A stretch of DNA of 63,998 nt, filler included, from Octopus bimaculoides (taxonomy: Eukaryota): NCBI RefSeq assembly GCF_001194135.2. It is 4 parts of 4 records of this genome, joined end to end, with 100 filler letters (N's around TTAATTAATTAA, not from the genome) between each part and the next. Parts side by side here need not be neighbours in the genome. Positions count along the whole stretch, not along the records: positions 23,611 to 46,721 come from NC_068997.1; positions 46,822 to 62,831 come from NC_068993.1; 2 more parts are not named here. One strand, written 5' to 3'. The notes below the pieces were generated by a model, which was not told the origin of the DNA, ran no database searches, and saw only the letters and a list, made by a program, of their open reading frames with translations. Shown in pieces: positions 37,149 to 48,870 of this stretch (positions are counted from its first letter, which is position 1; the number at the start of each line of letters is the position of its first letter). Position numbers and translations under genes: made by a program.

Positions 37149-39485
37149 CATATCTCAGAATCAGAGAGTGAATACTCAGATGCTTTGGATAAAAATTATA
37201 TAGCAAATACCAGTGGAAATAATATCAGTGACACTAGTTCTACTGACGAAGACGAACAATTAGTTGCTCGAGGTCGTAAGAGACAAGACAGTTCTCTTGC
37301 ACCAACTTCTTCGGCACCAACTGCATCGACATCTAATACTTGGTCAAATGCAGCGACAAATCCACCTAATTTTCCCTTCACCACAACTCCAAGACTGAAG
37401 ACTGAACTCAACACTAACACTATAGAAGTTATTGACCAATTTCTGACAGATGAATTTTGGACTGTATTAGTTGAGGAAACTAATGCTTATGCTATGCAGA
37501 TATTAGATCAACAGCAAGGTCTTGTATGAAGATCATCCCTGTTCAAAGAATGACACACAACAAATGTAACGGAAATGAAGCATTTCTTTGGCCTGGTGTT
37601 ACAAATGGGTACATGTCCCAAACCATCTGTAGAAAGTTATTGGTCCACTAACATTTTATACTAATCTCTTTTTCCTTCCGTAATGAGTTGGAATTGTTTT
37701 CAGCTGCTGCTCCGATTTCTTCATTTTCAAACAACAAAGAAGATCATTTGCATAAAATTAATCCCATTCTTAGATATTTCAATAATATTATGAAAGAATT
37801 ATACATCCCAGAGAGAGAAGTTTGTATTGACGACTCCATGGTACTTTGGCATGGTCGGTTAGTATTTCGCCAGTACATAAAGAACAAGAGACATAAGTAT
37901 AGTGTAAAGCTGTATGAGTGGTATTGTTCAAAAAATTCTGATCTGTTCAGGAAAGCAAGATGCTCCAACTGGCATCTTGGGGCATTTAGGTCAAGTTGTG
38001 CTTAGTCTGATGGATGAGTTCCTTGATAAAGGTTATATTCTGTACACAGATAATTACTACAACTCTGTTCCTTTGACAAAAGTAATGTCACAGTGATCTA
38101 GTTATGCATGTGGAACTCTGAGGTTTACCTGAAAAGACAACCCCAAGGATTTGGTTCAAGAAAGAAGAGTCAGAATGGATAAGATCAGACAAAGTAGTTG
38201 TGTGCAAATGGAAAGACAAGAGAGATGTATTGATAATTAGTAATATGCACCAAGTGGAAATGGTAGATGTGATAAATCATAATGGAAAAAAATCGAAGAA
38301 GCCCAATATTGTAAGAGATTATAACAACGGTATGTCAGGAGTAGGGAGACCAGATCAGAAAACACTCTGTTGGTACAAGAAAATTGGTCTACATATCTTT
38401 GAAATTCTCATCCATAATGCCCACAAGGTGTATTGCAAAGTAGAAAACATTCAAATGACACTTGTAAAGTTTAGAGATAATATAGTGCTGCATTTTCTTG
38501 GTGAACATATACAGAAAGAAACTCCAGTTCCAACAGTAGATTTTCACTACTTGGAAGCAATTCCACCTACAGAAAAGAAACAAAGGCCAACCAAACCATG
38601 CAGAGTGTGTACATGAAAGAAACTTCATAAAGAAACTAGGTATGCTTGTGCTGCATGCCCAGAGAAACCAGCTTTCATCATCATCGTTTAACGACTGTTT
38701 CCATGCTGGCATGGGTTGGACGGTTCGACTGGGGTCTGCACCAGGCCCCAATCTGATCTGGCAGTGTTTCTACAGCTGGATGCCCTTCCTAACGCCAACC
38801 ACTCTGAAAGTGTAGTGGGTGTTTTTTATGTGCCACTGGCACAGGAGCAAGAGGAGCTGGCATCGACCACAATCGGACGGTGCTTTTTACGTGCCACCAG
38901 CACGGAAGTCAGTCAAAGTGGTACTGGCATTGGCCGCGTGTAGAAAAATATTTCAAGGCTTTCCATGCAGAATAATTTGACATTCTGTCTATAATTTTTT
39001 GAATAAACATGTTTTCTTTTATTTCAAATTAGTTAGAAAAGGAATAAAAATTGGTTCCAATTGTAAGCTTCAATAACAAAATATTTTTCAGTAATCTTTC
39101 TGTATGCATTTTTTTTACATTCATTTTTTCACGTTATAATGTATTTCAATTTAGAGGAATTAAACTATTATATGCTATTACAACCCAAATGTGAAAAATT
39201 GCAATAAATGATAAAGGAAATATTTTTTTTCTTATACTTGATATATATAAATGTTTTATCAAATATATTTCCTGGCAGGTACCATGATACGAGTTAACTT
39301 GTATCATTGGGCAAATAAAAGTTGTCTTTAGTGTTTCCACAACACACTCACAATGCTAGTTCCAGGTGCCAGTTCATTTTAATCGCGTTACAATAAAATA
39401 GACCTCTACGAGTATGCGCGTACCTGGCAAAATTGTATAGATTGCCAACTACAAGATAACTCATAGCTGGCAGTCAACATGTTAA
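37149..39485 (+). mobile_element. piggyBac transposon (PGBD4-like transposase pseudogene); right TIR present, left end missing
   Basis: FLTDEFWTVLVEETNAYA, IDDSMVLWHGRLVFRQYIKNKRHKY, LYTDNYYNSVPL, KWKDKRDV, DYNNGMSGVGRPDQ (third D mutated), Cys-rich end CRVC...CAACPEKPA...FKAFH. Right terminus GGCAGTCAACATG followed by TTAA at 39482-39485. Confidence 0.9.
38675..38938 (-). mobile_element. Short retroposon or RTE-type 3' tail inserted in the piggyBac C-terminus
   Basis: CATCATCATCGTTTAACG..TTTCCATGCTGGCATGGGTTGGA...GATGCCCTTCCTAACGCCAACC. A related copy lies at ~43660-43850. It splits PEKPA from VEKYFKAFH. Confidence 0.7.
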
Positions 39486-39489
39486 TAAA

Positions 39490-40930
39490 AACCTATTTTA
39501 AGCTTACAAACAAATAATTTTTATTTTCTAATACAGTACAGTAAAAAAAAAGTAATCTAAATTTACAAATACAATTTGGTGGCATTTACTATACATTGCA
39601 GACGCTTTATTCATGAATGTGGTTTGCAATAAGACATGGTAAAATAAAAGCCATTTTTAAGCTTAAAAACAAATTAAGTAATTATTATTTTACAATAGTA
39701 AAAAAAAACTAAACTATTTAAAATTTACCAATACCTACATACAATTCGGTGGTTAACATCACGGATGTAGATGACTGTTGATTGTCAACATCAACAGCTG
39801 ACTCTGGCTGTTCTTGTTGTTTAATGCGCTTAAAAAAAACAGTTGAGACTTCCTTGGACTGTCTTCTTTTCCTCAAGGATTATATTATAAGAAGCAAAAG
39901 CTTTGTGACAAGTCCCCATAATCTTGAAAAAGCATTGCGCATTTGGATCCATATCCTTGAACATAGAAAGAACTTTTTTGATATATGTAAATGCTTGCTG
40001 CATTTTCTTAATGGTAAAGTGATGTGGCTCAGGTTTGATTACCTCTTTTTCTTTATTTTCCTGCTGGTGAAGCTCTGTAAAATCCTTGTTCATTAGGGGT
40101 TGCTTCTCTTTTTCAAATAAAACTATGAAATCCTCCTCCTCCAAATCATTTTTTTTGCTTGTAGTCACCAACGTTTTGTTGATGGCAACATTATCAAATC
40201 CCCTAAAATCATTCACAAATTGCGGGCATAGTTTCTTCCATACACCATTCATAGCTGTGCTCTGTACATCATTCCATGCCGCTATGTTCTGTACAGCCTT
40301 GTAGATATTGTATCTCTTCCAAAAGTCACGAAGTGTGATGGACTCATCAAGATCAGTTGAGGCTATTGCTTGCCACAGCATACGCTTCATATAGTAATGC
40401 TTGATGATATTAATTATTCCCTGACCTATCGGCTGCAGAAGAGACATGGTGTTTGGAGGGAGATATACAACGGTAATGTTGGGGTCAAAATCTATGTTTT
40501 GCGGGTGGCCAGGAGCATTATCTAAGATAAGTAAAACCTTAAAAGGAATTCCCTTCTCCTTACAGTACTTCTCTACTGTTGGGATAAAATGATTGAAGAA
40601 CCAATCTTCAAAAACGACAGTAACCCATGTTTTTGACTTAACCGACCTTATGACAGGGAGAGATGCCTTGGGTATATTCTTCAGGACAGCGGGGTTATGT
40701 GCATGATACATCAGCAATGGCTTTAACTTAAAATCTCCTGCACAATTACCTCCCAACATAATGGTCACACGTTCTTTTGAGACCTTGTAACCTGGAATAG
40801 TTTTTTCCTCCTTGGAAATGAACGGTCTGGCAATTTTTTCCAATACAATCCAGTTTTGTCTATGTTAAAGATTTGTTTGGGAAGAAACCCGTTTTCTTTG
40901 AGGATTTTCTTTAATGCATTAAACTGGCTT
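39490..40930 (-). mobile_element. Tigger/pogo-family DNA transposon (TIGD1-like DDE_1 domain), defective
   Basis: QIFNIDKTGLYWKK, GYKVSKERVTIMLGGNCAGDFKLKPLLMYH, VLLILDNAPGHP and YLPPNTMSLLQPIGQG (QPMDQG Asp lost). The CENP-B HTH region is not seen. Confidence 0.9.
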
Positions 40931-41376
40931 TTCTGAGAATATATTTCTTCTTAATGTTTTTTTTTTTGTATACATTTGTCTATTGGAGACATTTTCTTTA
41001 ACCAATTTTGGATTTCCTCAATAATTTGTATTAGCATACATTTTCAGATATATTAATTTCACTGGTATTTTATACCTTTTTCTCTATCTAAATATACTGG
41101 CACGATAGAAATGATCATCAGCAATGTATGGTGTAATCACCAATTAAAGATGTGATTTTCTCCATTCTTATTCTTGTGATATTTGGATTTACTTATTATA
41201 CATGAAGAATTACCTTGGATGTTAATTCTATTTGCATTTATTGGTATCTGATTATTGGATATATTTAGCCAAATTCATTTAACTCTGAGTGCTTTATAGA
41301 TATATACCTAGATTTATTAATCCCTTTTGCTAATTCAGACATGAATTTACTCTCCATTTTCTCCTCTCTCTTTATT

Positions 41377-41414
41377 TCTTTCTGTAGAAGAGTGTAAGCT
41401 TGAAACATCAAAGA
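41377..41414 (+). ncRNA. Hammerhead-like relic, probably from a Penelope pLTR
   Basis: TCTTT-CTGTAGA-AGAGTGTAAGCTT-GAAA-CATC-AAAGA. Stem I (TCTTT/AAAGA) is perfect, but the core is non-canonical. Confidence 0.35.
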
Positions 41415-41745
41415 TTTGTATTTTTCCTGAACATCAAACTAATACACCCTGTTTGTTGTTCCCTCACCAGTCTCTGTTTATGTTTTTTCTATAATTTTGA
41501 ACTGTATATATAGTTCAAAAACACTGCTCATGAGAACCCATCAAAGTTTGAAAACTGATTAAAGCAGTTCATCATTCTTAAAAGTGCAGGCATGGCTGTG
41601 GGGTAAGATATTTGCTTCGCAACCACTTGGTTCTGGGTTCAGCCCTGCTATGTGACACCTTGGGCAAGTGTCTTTTTCTATAGCTCCAAGCTGACCTTGT
41701 AAGTGAATTTGGTAGCTGGAAATTGAAAGAAGCGAATTGTGTGCA

Positions 41746-41794
<49 letters not shown>

Positions 41795-42899
41795 NNNNNN
41801 NNNNNNNNNNNNNNNNNNNNNNNNNNNNNNNNNNNNNNNNNNNNNNNNNNNNNNNNNNNNNNNNNNNNNNNNNNNNNNNNNNNNNNNNNNNNNNNNNNNN
41901 NNNNNNNNNNNNNNNNNNNNNNNNNNNNNNNNNNNNNNNNNNNNNNNNNNNNNNNNNNNNNNNNNNNNNNNNNNNNNNNNNNNNNNNNNNNNNNNNNNNN
42001 NNNNNNNNNNNNNNNNNNNNNNNNNNNNNNNNNNNNNNNNNNNNNNNNNNNNNNNNNNNNNNNNNNNNNNNNNNNNNNNNNNNNNNNNNNNNNNNNNNNN
42101 NNNNNNNNNNNNNNNNNNNNNNNNNNNNNNNNNNNNNNNNNNNNNNNNNNNNNNNNNNNNNNNNNNNNNNNNNNNNNNNNNNNNNNNNNNNNNNNNNNNN
42201 NNNNNNNNNNNNNNNNNNNNNNNNNNNNNNNNNNNNNNNNNNNNNNNNNNNNNNNNNNNNNNNNNNNNNNNNNNNNNNNNNNNNNNNNNNNNNNNNNNNN
42301 NNNNNNNNNNNNNNNNNNNNNNNNNNNNNNNNNNNNNNNNNNNNNNNNNNNNNNNNNNNNNNNNNNNNNNNNNNNNNNNNNNNNNNNNNNNNNNNNNNNN
42401 NNNNNNNNNNNNNNNNNNNNNNNNNNNNNNNNNNNNNNNNNNNNNNNNNNNNNNNNNNNNNNNNNNNNNNNNNNNNNNNNNNNNNNNNNNNNNNNNNNNN
42501 NNNNNNNNNNNNNNNNNNNNNNNNATACTTTAAAGTTGGTTTTCATACCCAGCCCAATTCTGCAGAATCAGTGTCGTGATGGGAGCGCATGGGTTGGGAG
42601 TTTGATCGGCAGAGGTGATCAGGTTGCATATGCCAGCCCTTTTGACCCCCCCCCATCATATAACCCCTCTTTGCCTATGGGTTGGGAACCTTTCCAGCAA
42701 GGAAAATCGAATGCCCAAAAGGGCCCCCGATTCTCTGTATCAGAAGCGGTTATGTTCAGATCACAACTAAGTATATATATATGGGCAACACACACACAAA
42801 CATATACGTACGTACACCTATTGCATACGGTTTTTGTATGCCCTTGCCCTTGTCCCCCCCTACCCGAGTAATATCATCAATTGAGGCAAATTTGGTACC

Positions 42900-43175
42900 C
42901 AGACATAAGTTTTGTAAAAGGAATACAGAGGCCTACCTTATCCCGCAGAGATGTGAGAGTCAGATCTCTCCTTTCAAAAACATGAACAATTTCGAAACAT
43001 TGTTTACAAAATAATAGCTGACCATTTGCGAAGGAGCATGTCTATAGTCAACACTTAGGATTTTTGCTCTGGTAACTTCTGCTCTCTCCCATGTTCACGC
43101 ACGACCAGCTATATGTCGCTATGAGTAGAGCAATGGATTCAGCAAATTTGGAAATTAGTTGTGGAGAAATGGAGA
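42900..43175 (+). mobile_element. Decayed Helitron helicase C-terminal fragment
   Basis: Translation PMFTHDQLYVAMSRA, with a degenerate upstream LIPQ...PF segment. Confidence 0.7.
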
Positions 43176-43899
43176 ATATCATTTATATTGTGTGTGTATA
43201 TATATACACACACACACGTATGTACACCTATCGCATACATGTGTTTTGTACACATACATGTTTGTGTGTGTGTGTGACTGAAGCCATTCACACATACATA
43301 CATAACAACCCCTGTCTGTTTTTGTCTGTCAATCACTCACTAAAAAGACAAGATTTTAAAAATCTGTTATCTCTCTCTACAGTCGCTAGAAGAGGACCTA
43401 ACTCACGTTTGCAAATGATGGTGTATTTCTCCGACTTGAAAATTGTTAGAAGTTATGGTTCAAAATTATTTTTAGCGCTATTCGCTGGTGCCTCGGGGGG
43501 AAAATTATTTGACGAAAATACAGCTAGGGTTGTGATGAATGTCCTAAAATTTAACTGACATGTCTGCTAATTTGTGGATGTGCATAAATTACATTCACGT
43601 ACACACACACACAACCTGCCTTTTATATATACAGATATATATATACACATATAGCATCCTCATCATTTCGTGTCTGTTTTCCATGCTGGCATGGGTTAGA
43701 CAGTTTGACTGGAACTGGTAAGCTGGAGGGCTGTACCAGTTCCAGTCTGATTTTGGTGTGGTTTCTACAGCTGGATGCCCTTCCTAAAGCCAACCACTCA
43801 AAAAGTGTAGTGGATGCCTTTTATGTGTCACTAGCACCAATCAAAACTATGATTTCTTTTGGTTTGACGAGTTTTCTCAAGCACAGAAAATAGGCAAAG

Positions 43900-44275
43900 G
43901 CCTTGATCACTTGTCATCACCTCTGTGGGGCTCATGTCTTCCTGGGTCTACCTCCTCTACAAGTTTCTTTCACAGTTAGAGATCAGCATTTCTTTATGCA
44001 GCTGTCCTCATCTCATGCCTCTTATGCCCAATTTTTCTCTCAAGAAACTTACACTGTCGTATATGTACACTGACATTGCACATTCAGCGAAGTATACTAG
44101 CTTCATTTCTTTGCATGTCCTCTATAGTCACAGCCCACGTTTCACTGCCATGTAGCATGGCTGTTTGTATACAAGCTTCATACAATCTGCATTCACATTG
44201 AGAGAGAGACCCTTTGTTACAAACAGAGGTAGAAGCTCTCTGAACTTTGCCCAGCCTATTCTTATTCTATATACA
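43900..44275 (-). mobile_element. RTE-clade LINE fragment (post-RT region)
   Basis: Minus strand RIRIGWAKFRELLPLFVTKGLSL...AMLHGSETWAVT, the RTE-type 'YGSETW' motif. Confidence 0.8.
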
Positions 44276-46461
44276 TACATATACACGCACACACACATAT
44301 ATATAGAGAGAGAGCAAATGAAGCAAATAAATACACTTGGGCTTGATAGATAAAATAAAATATATAGAAGGATATATAAAATAGAAACAAAAAATGGAAT
44401 TACTCTAAAGTTGAACAATCATGTATAAGTATATAGATATTCATATATTTATAGAACAGATTTGCATGGAGTACAAAAGTTACAGAAAACTAAGGGGAGA
44501 AGGCATAGTATTTCAAGTCCGATAGCTATTTCTGGGGGCTTGGAATTATGTAATAGTTGTAATGTTGACAGATGGAGTGCGCAAAAAGTCAAGAATATGC
44601 AACAAGTAGTGGATGCATTACTGTAAATCCAGGAAAACAGAGGCCAGATTTATGTAATAAAATTATTTATGAATATATTCTTATACACACAAAACTGACC
44701 AGGCTGTTCACATTTTCAAAAACATATATGCACAAAGCTGCACACACCATTGACATTTCTCAACCTGTTTAATAAACTGAATCCTGTATAGCAACACAAT
44801 GAAATGAGCCACTAAACATAGCTAAAATAGGAAAATGTATGGATGAAAATATCAAGAAATTAATGATTATACAATATATCTGAGACATAGTTATGCGAAT
44901 GTTGTATAAATAATATTTAAAATTAAAAATAAGTTATTTAAATACTATCAACATGAGTTATTTGAAATGTAGGACTAACAGAATGACAGTTGAAAAGGGT
45001 TAAACAATACAGAAAAAGATTAAATCAGAATTTTTATTAAGAATATTATTGATGTGGAGGGGGATAAGAGGTTTTCTGAAGATGCACAAGCTTCAGATCT
45101 TTGTACAGATTAGCACCAACTAAAAGTAGGTCTTGTAATGTTAAAATTCAATTATTTATTTTCAAAAACCAAATGTACTTTGCTAAAAAGTGTCTGAAAG
45201 TGTAGATGTGTGGGTTGAATCACAATTTCACTGGGTTTACTGTAAGACCTATATATTTTTTAATAATAGTATAACTAATTGTTGATATCTATGCACAGTA
45301 CAGAGTAGACCTTGTGTGATGTTCACCATTCAAAGTATATACAATTATATATTTGAGTAGGATTAATAGTTACTGAAATTGTATGTTTCTTATTGCTGAT
45401 ACTACCTGAAGATGCTGTGAAATTATTAGAAGTAGAAAAACTAATTTTAAAAGAGTGTTGAATATCTCAGAGAAATTCAGCATGACAAAAATGCGACAAG
45501 GTTGGCCCTTGGAATTACAGGTACTACTCACTTTTGCCAGCTGAGTGGACTGGAGCAATGTGAAATGAACTGTCTTGCGCAGGGACACCACATGCTGCTG
45601 GGAACTGAACTCACAACCTGACAACGTGTGCCGAATATCCTAACTGCTAAGCCATGTGCCTTCACATGTCAGTATATGTCATATAACGTATACAGCAAAT
45701 ATATTTTACTGTGAATTTTCAAGAGAAAATTATGTTGAAACAAGTAGTGATAACACAATATGATAAATTTTAACTGGCAGTGGAGATAAGATGAAAGAAA
45801 GATTACAAAGAAAATCAAGTAAAGGTCAAACAATATCAACAACTATGGCATTCAAAATGAATTCACTTTGAAATTCCCCAACTCATCCTTTCAGTGTTGT
45901 AAAGAAATATCTTTACAACACTGAAAGTTATAGATTTCTTAAAAATCAGTAAGTGGCTAACATCAGTAAAACAGTAGTGGCGTTAAAAGTGGCAACTCTA
46001 AAAAACAAAAAGACTGTCAGCTATATTTTTATCAGAAAGATTTTGTTAGCTTATCACAACAATGATGACGACTATCACCATCATCATTTTAATGCCTGCT
46101 TTCCATGCTGACATGTACTGCAAATGTTCACAATTATTGCTGAGTTCTGAACTGAATATAACTAATTCAGATAGTGTTGTTTGGGGCTAAAAAACAGAAA
46201 TTAGCTACTGTGAGAGAAACCAACTTTAGTATTATATTAGAATTTTCCTTCAATAGACTTCCTCTTTGCATGATGTGCATTTTTTTGTATTTTATTGAGT
46301 AAATTTCTACAGATTTTTCTGGCTTTGATTTTTGAGTTTAATACTTCAAATGTTGAGTCAAAATTCGGTAATATTATTCATTAGGGATTTTTTAAATTTT
46401 TTTTTTTTAAAGTTTCAGCTTAGAGCTGCGGCCATGCTGATGCACCACCGTGTTGCTACAC

Positions 46462-46721
46462 TGTTATTACAGGGAGCCTCTTACAATATGTGGCACTTGG
46501 TGAAGAATGGAGTTTGATTTAGCAACCCTCATTTGCACCTCCTGCCGCGAGGTAGGTTCATCTGGGACTCTCGATAGGAAGAGGTCCAACTTTGATTTAA
46601 AAACTCCTACATCTACTTTGTGCAGATTCCTCAGGCTCTTTGGGAGAATATTAAAAAGCTGTGGGCCCCTGAATCCCAAGCTGTTGCAGTAACTGGTCCT
46701 GAAGCGCGATGGCATTGCTGG
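46462..46721 (-). mobile_element. 3' end of ORF2 of a CR1-group LINE
   Basis: NSLGFRGPQLFNILPKSLRNL...FKSKLDLFLSRVPDEP...AKSNSILHQ. It may be the same family as the 23.7 and 54.7 kb copies, but this is unverified. Confidence 0.8.
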
Positions 46722-46821
46722 NNNNNNNNNNNNNNNNNNNNNNNNNNNNNNNNNNNNNNNNNNNNTTAATTAATTAANNNNNNNNNNNNNNNNNNNNNNN
46801 NNNNNNNNNNNNNNNNNNNNN

Positions 46822-48330
46822 ATACCACCGCCTCAGTAACTTTTTAGATACCCTCTTAAAACCGCTCCTCAAGCATGTCAAAAGCTACATAAGGGACGAC
46901 CTGGATATGCTCAATCACCTTCCTGAAACAATAAACAAAAACACCCTACTAGTATCCTTCGATGTAGTCAACCTCTGTTCCAATATGTCCCACAACCTAG
47001 GAATAGAGGCAATTCAATTCTGGCTCAAGAATTACGCCAACGAATTCCCACATTGCATCAGAAAAGAATTCGTGATAGAAGGGCTAAAATTTATCTTAGA
47101 AAATAACTACTTCGTTTTCAAAGACAACTTCTATCGACAAAAAATCGGGGACTGCGACGGGTACGAGAATGGCCCCCTCCTTTGCTAATCTAGTCATAGG
47201 ATATCTAGCAATTAGTCTTTATCGTAAGGTTAGTAGAGAAATACGGCAACCCATTCTCTCTCTACATAGAAAATAACTAGAAGAGATACCTGGATGACTG
47301 TTTCATTTGTTGGCATGAAAGTATAGAGAGACTTAAAGAATTTCAAGCACTTATAAACCGACTTCATGTAAACATTCAATTCACGATGGAATATAACCAT
47401 CAACAATTTCCCTTCCTCGACATCCTCATTAAGAAATCTAACAACGTAATAGAAACAGATATATACTGTAAGCCCACGGACTCTAAGCAATACCTACCGT
47501 TCAAATTATGCCACTCCAGATACACCAGAATGAATATCCCCTTCAACCTAACAAAAAGGATCTGTACTATAGTTTCTAATGCAAGCACCAGGGACACACG
47601 ACTACATGAACTAAAGGATACACTCATCACCAGGAACTACCCACCTTCACTAATTGACATATACTTTCAACGTGCCCTACAACTCAACATCCACGAACTC
47701 AGACATCCCAAATTAAAGAAGGATTTACAACCAAAAGCCCTAAGATACATCTCTACACACAACAATCTCCACACACATCCCCCTTGACACCATCCTTCAA
47801 AACATTCCCCAACAAAAAAGGACCACAGAATGAACTTAATCGTCCAAATACATACCATTATAACAAGCAAGAGACAACCCAAATCTATGAAAAGTTTCCT
47901 GACACAAGCCCGAATGCGCTCAGCAACAACACTGAGGCTGTTAGTAAAACAAATGCAGAGACCCAGCTGTGGGATATGCGTCAATTTAATTGAGGGATCA
48001 GAGTTCTCCTTCAAACAGGGACAGCGTTTCACAGTGAAAAGCAGCTTCACATGTGCTTTGGAGAACTTGATATACGCACTAATCTACTCTGGGTGTCAAG
48101 AGCAATACATAGGCCAAACAAAAAACAGTCTACGTCAAAGGATGGTTCTGCAAAGATCCCAGATCAAAATTCCGAAAAAAAGAAAAATAGCATTCAGCCA
48201 ACACATCGATATTTGCGCCAATAACAAAAATCCAAGCTTCAGAACTTTTCCCCTCTATCAATTCAGGTACGATATAACCTGTAGCCAAGAGTCTTTCCAT
48301 ACCACAAAATACATCTACAACAAATGACAA
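46822..48330 (+). mobile_element. Penelope-like element (RT plus GIY-YIG, Cys-rich linker; Neptune-like), decayed
   Basis: SYIRDDLDML, LVSFDVVNLCSN, ILENNYFVF, AMGTRMAPSFANL, RYLDDCF, FPFLDILI, TDIYCKPTDSKQYL, then SCGIC...FTCALENLIYAL..SGCQEQYIGQT. Confidence 0.92.
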
Positions 48331-48503
48331 ATCCACCATGACCTTAGAATAACACACACGCAAATATTAAAAATGATACATTCAAAACAGATACCCAAGA
48401 ATTCATTAGAAACAGTTCCAATCACTACTACGATACATAACGAGCCACTTTTAGGTCATTTGACCATTTAACATCCTACTACAATCATACCACTCCCGCA
48501 TTC

Positions 48504-48609
48504 TCTTCTTCTTCTTCTTCTTCTTCTTCTTCTTCTTCTTCTTCTTCTTCTTCTTCTTCTTCTTCTTCTTCTTCTTCTTCTTCTTCTTCTTCTTCTTCTT
48601 CTTCTTCTT
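48504..48609. repeat. (CTT)n microsatellite
   Basis: Directly visible. Source of the poly-R ORF. Confidence 0.95.
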
Positions 48610-48870
48610 TGCCAAGAATTCACAACGACCTCGAACCTACAAGAGTAAACATGAGAGACAGAAACAGGTAGAAACAAGGAAAATGCCCCTTGTATTTGAA
48701 TACTATGAAAATATTCTTTTAAAAAATTTTTCATTTAATTTTTTCAAAATTTAATTGTTATCCATATTTAGAGTTGAAAACGTCTCAATGACTGAAACCA
48801 GTACTAAAATGTTTTTTATGATAAAATTATTTTAGCATTTTCTACCTTGACGTTTTTTCGTTATATATAT

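Noticed and set aside
39830-40843. 337-aa open ORF as a domesticated TIGD1-like host gene
   Set aside because: It is frameshifted from the first catalytic Asp region, lacks the HTH, has QPIGQG instead of QPMDQG, and is embedded in a TE nest.
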